Source of the DNA: Deltaproteobacteria bacterium
GTDB taxonomy: Bacteria; Desulfobacterota; SM23-61
DNA: 37,455 nt
Assembly: GCA_026388915.1 (NCBI GenBank)
Contig: JAPLIW010000744.1
Coordinates: forward strand, 1-37,455
Direction: 5' to 3'
Positions 35,700-37,455 of this stretch are shown one piece after another. A program made the position numbers and the translations under genes. The stretch's first letter is position 1. Each line of letters starts with the position of its first letter. A model generated the notes under the pieces. That model was not told the DNA's origin. It did not search any database and saw nothing but the letters and a program-made list of their open reading frames with translations.

Positions 35700-36998
35700 G
35701 TGAGGTGTGACCCATGGCTTACTGGTTTGAAAAACTGGTTTGAAAACCCCACATTGAAAGCCCTGGCCCCCCTGGCCCTGTCGACTTCCATCAAAGGCCT
35801 TACTACCATTTTCAACACCCCCAAAATGTTCATCGGGGCGAATGTCTTTCCGGAAGGGCCTGTGGTGGGACCTTCCACCATGGACACCCTTGCCAATCGG
35901 TGCGCCAAAAAGCGGGCCTTTATCGTAACCGATGAATTCGGTAACAAGTTTGCGGCCAAAGCCGCCCGTTTCCTCCAATCGGGCGGCTTCACCGTGGAAA
36001 TATGGCCCCGATGCCTGCCCGAGGCCCCCATGGAAGTCGTGGCCGAATGCGCCAAGGCCATGAAAGCATACGAACCGGACCTGATCATGGCCGTGGGCGG
36101 CGGGTCGGTCATGGACTCGGCCAAGGCGGCCTGGGTCCTTTACGAGAGGCCGGACATCATCGACCTTGGAATGATTTCTCCCTTAGACAAACTGAACTTG
36201 CGGCAGAAAGCCATCCTCGTTGCTGTGCCCACGACTGCGGGAACCGGTTCAGAATGTACGGGAGTTTCTGTAATTCATGATAATGCCGCCTCTCGCAAGA
36301 TCCCCATTACCCATGACGAACTCTTTCCGGATTTCGCTATATTGGACCCACAATTCACTATTTCCATGCCGCCCAAGCTCACCGCCGGAACAGGCCTGGA
36401 TGTCCTGGCCCATGCCATGGATTCGGTCACGACCCCCGCCGCCAACGAGATCACCGAACCCCTGGCCCTCAAAGCAATCGAAATGGTCTTTCAATGGCTG
36501 CCCAGGGCCTATCAGAACGGCCAGGATAAGGAAGCTCGCCACAGAATGCTTATTGCCGCCAGCATTGCAGGGATGGCTTTTGGTAATAATGGGGGTGCTC
36601 ACTTGACCCACAGCTTCGGCCATTCTCTCGGCGCGGTCTTTAACCTGCACCACGGGATGTGCGTTGGGTTTTTCCTCCCCCAGACGCTTCAGTTCTGCAG
36701 TCCGGTGACGGATAAGCACCTCCTGATCTGCAGGACCCTGGGGATCGAGGCCAAAGACGCGAAAAAAGGGCTGGTCAAATTGGTGGCCCGGGTCCGCTCC
36801 TTTCTGACCGAACTCGGAGTTCCCCTTACCTTGAAAGAATTGGGAATTTCCCGGGCGGATTTCAACGCCCACTTCGATAAACTGGTGAAATTCGCCTTTG
36901 AAGATGTGGACTGCTACCTCAGTCCCCGGCCCATAACCGCCGCCCAGTGCGCCCAGGTCTTCCGGTACGCCTACGACGGCCGGGATATTGATTTTTAA
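35700..36998 (+). CDS. iron-containing (group III) alcohol dehydrogenase; the 5' end is disturbed by a 13-bp tandem duplication, so the start is uncertain
   Basis: AFIVTDEF, MAVGGGSVMDSAKA, PTTAGTGSE and HAMD...H..GH motifs. The ORF is open from GTG 35700, but the only good SD (GAAGGTGAGG) serves the out-of-frame ATG at 35714. Confidence 0.85.
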   Translation: MRCDPWLTGLKNWFENPTLKALAPLALSTSIKGLTTIFNTPKMFIGANVFPEGPVVGPSTMDTLANRCAKKRAFIVTDEFGNKFAAKAARFLQSGGFTVEIWPRCLPEAPMEVVAECAKAMKAYEPDLIMAVGGGSVMDSAKAAWVLYERPDIIDLGMISPLDKLNLRQKAILVAVPTTAGTGSECTGVSVIHDNAASRKIPITHDELFPDFAILDPQFTISMPPKLTAGTGLDVLAHAMDSVTTPAANEITEPLALKAIEMVFQWLPRAYQNGQDKEARHRMLIAASIAGMAFGNNGGAHLTHSFGHSLGAVFNLHHGMCVGFFLPQTLQFCSPVTDKHLLICRTLGIEAKDAKKGLVKLVARVRSFLTELGVPLTLKELGISRADFNAHFDKLVKFAFEDVDCYLSPRPITAAQCAQVFRYAYDGRDIDF

Positions 36999-37036
36999 AT
37001 TGACCGAGGGGGTCACAGAAGGGCATGGCCACAACC

Positions 37037-37176
37037 AAAAAAATTAACCACAGAGAACGCGGAGAGCGCAGAGGAAAAAAACTTTCCTCCATTCTTTCAT
37101 ACCCTGGCTGGGTTGGGGTTTGAAAAATATTTAATCTCTGTGAACTCTGCGGTCTCTGTGGTTCAATCGTTTTTTT
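37037..37176. repeat. inverted pair of repeat-family arms flanked by A7 and T7 (large hairpin / bidirectional-terminator-like)
   Basis: A7 at 37037-37043. AACCACAGAGAACGCGGAGAGCGCAGAGG at 37046-37074. TCTCTGTGAACTCTGCGGTCTCTGTGGTT at 37135-37163. T7 at 37170-37176. The outer 11 bp (37046-37056 and 37153-37163) are perfectly complementary. Confidence 0.8.
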
Positions 37177-37192
37177 AAGGGAGGATAAAGGC

Positions 37193-37455
37193 ATGAAAGG
37201 ATACCATGGCCGACTGTTGGAAGTGGATTTATCCGCCCGCAAGATGACCGATTTGCCTCTTTCGGAGGATTTTTTAAAGAAATACATCGGCGGGGCGACG
37301 CTGGCTGCCGCTCTGGTTTATGAACGGATGGGCAAGAACGGCAATCCTCTTGCCCCGGAGAAACCCCTGGTCTTTGCCACCGGGCCTTTCACCGGCACCC
37401 CCCTTCCCATGGTCAGCCGCTATGCGGTGGGAGGCGTTTCACCCTTGACCGGATT
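37193..37455 (+). CDS. aor: aldehyde:ferredoxin oxidoreductase (tungsten/molybdopterin AOR family), N-terminal part; continues past the window end
   Basis: MKGYHGRLLEVDLSARKMTDLPLSEDFLKKYIGGATLAAALVYE...PLVFATGPFTGTPLPMVSRYAVGGVSPLTG matches the AOR N-terminal domain. AAGGGAGG SD. Confidence 0.88.
   Translation, partial: MKGYHGRLLEVDLSARKMTDLPLSEDFLKKYIGGATLAAALVYERMGKNGNPLAPEKPLVFATGPFTGTPLPMVSRYAVGGVSPLTG

Noticed and set aside
35729-35746. Programmed ribosomal frameshift joining the MAYWFEKLV uORF to the ADH frame
   Set aside because: A +1 shift would be required. The site (CTG GTT TGA A) lacks the prfB-like CUU-UGA context and an appropriately spaced internal SD. The GAAAAAC run is not an X-XXY-YYZ heptamer in the zero frame, and a -1 shift would land in the wrong frame. 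A 13-bp duplication is the simpler explanation.

Overview
This 37.5-kb window is mostly housekeeping chromosome from a moderately GC-rich bacterium whose gene content suggests an anaerobe; I cannot determine the phylum from the sequence. It spans the replication-origin neighbourhood: rpsF-rpsR-rplI-dnaB-dnaA-[AT-rich oriC candidate]-dnaN-gyrB-gyrA, all on the + strand. The left part holds a nikR-linked FmdE-like/FecCD-permease operon, kdsD(kpsF) plus a degenerate DapA-like gene, and a lipoprotein-FHA-PP2C group. It continues with glycerate kinase, glmS plus a short glmU (uridyltransferase domain only), an APH-like/P-loop kinase and a TPR lipoprotein. Next come an EamA/CoA-transferase/OCD/OadG/OadB gene string, tRNA-Gln and tRNA-Glu, enoyl-CoA hydratase, an MltD-like transglycosylase and moeA. 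The right part holds a hypothetical exported protein, an FmdB zinc-ribbon protein, a small hypothetical, hsp20, an iron alcohol dehydrogenase and the start of an aldehyde:ferredoxin oxidoreductase. I see no CRISPR array, transposase, integrase, phage genes or recognisable defence genes, and no convincing evidence for a wholly new multi-gene system. The most unusual signals are: (1) a family of composite intergenic repeats built from three 9-10-bp phased CTGYG/CCGCG units preceded by a TATA-like box and followed by a T-run, present at four or more loci, including two ungapped 102-nt copies that are 95/102 identical; (2) a perfect 13-bp tandem duplication at the 5' end of the alcohol dehydrogenase gene that puts the SD-linked ATG out of frame; (3) a near-consensus promoter with two embedded direct GTGTTAC boxes next to nikR; (4) a DapA-like protein in which all canonical catalytic residues appear substituted; (5) a tRNA-Gln whose 5' acceptor strand is duplicated in the leader; (6) an origin that looks bipartite. 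All alignments, counts and folds were done by eye and need computational confirmation.
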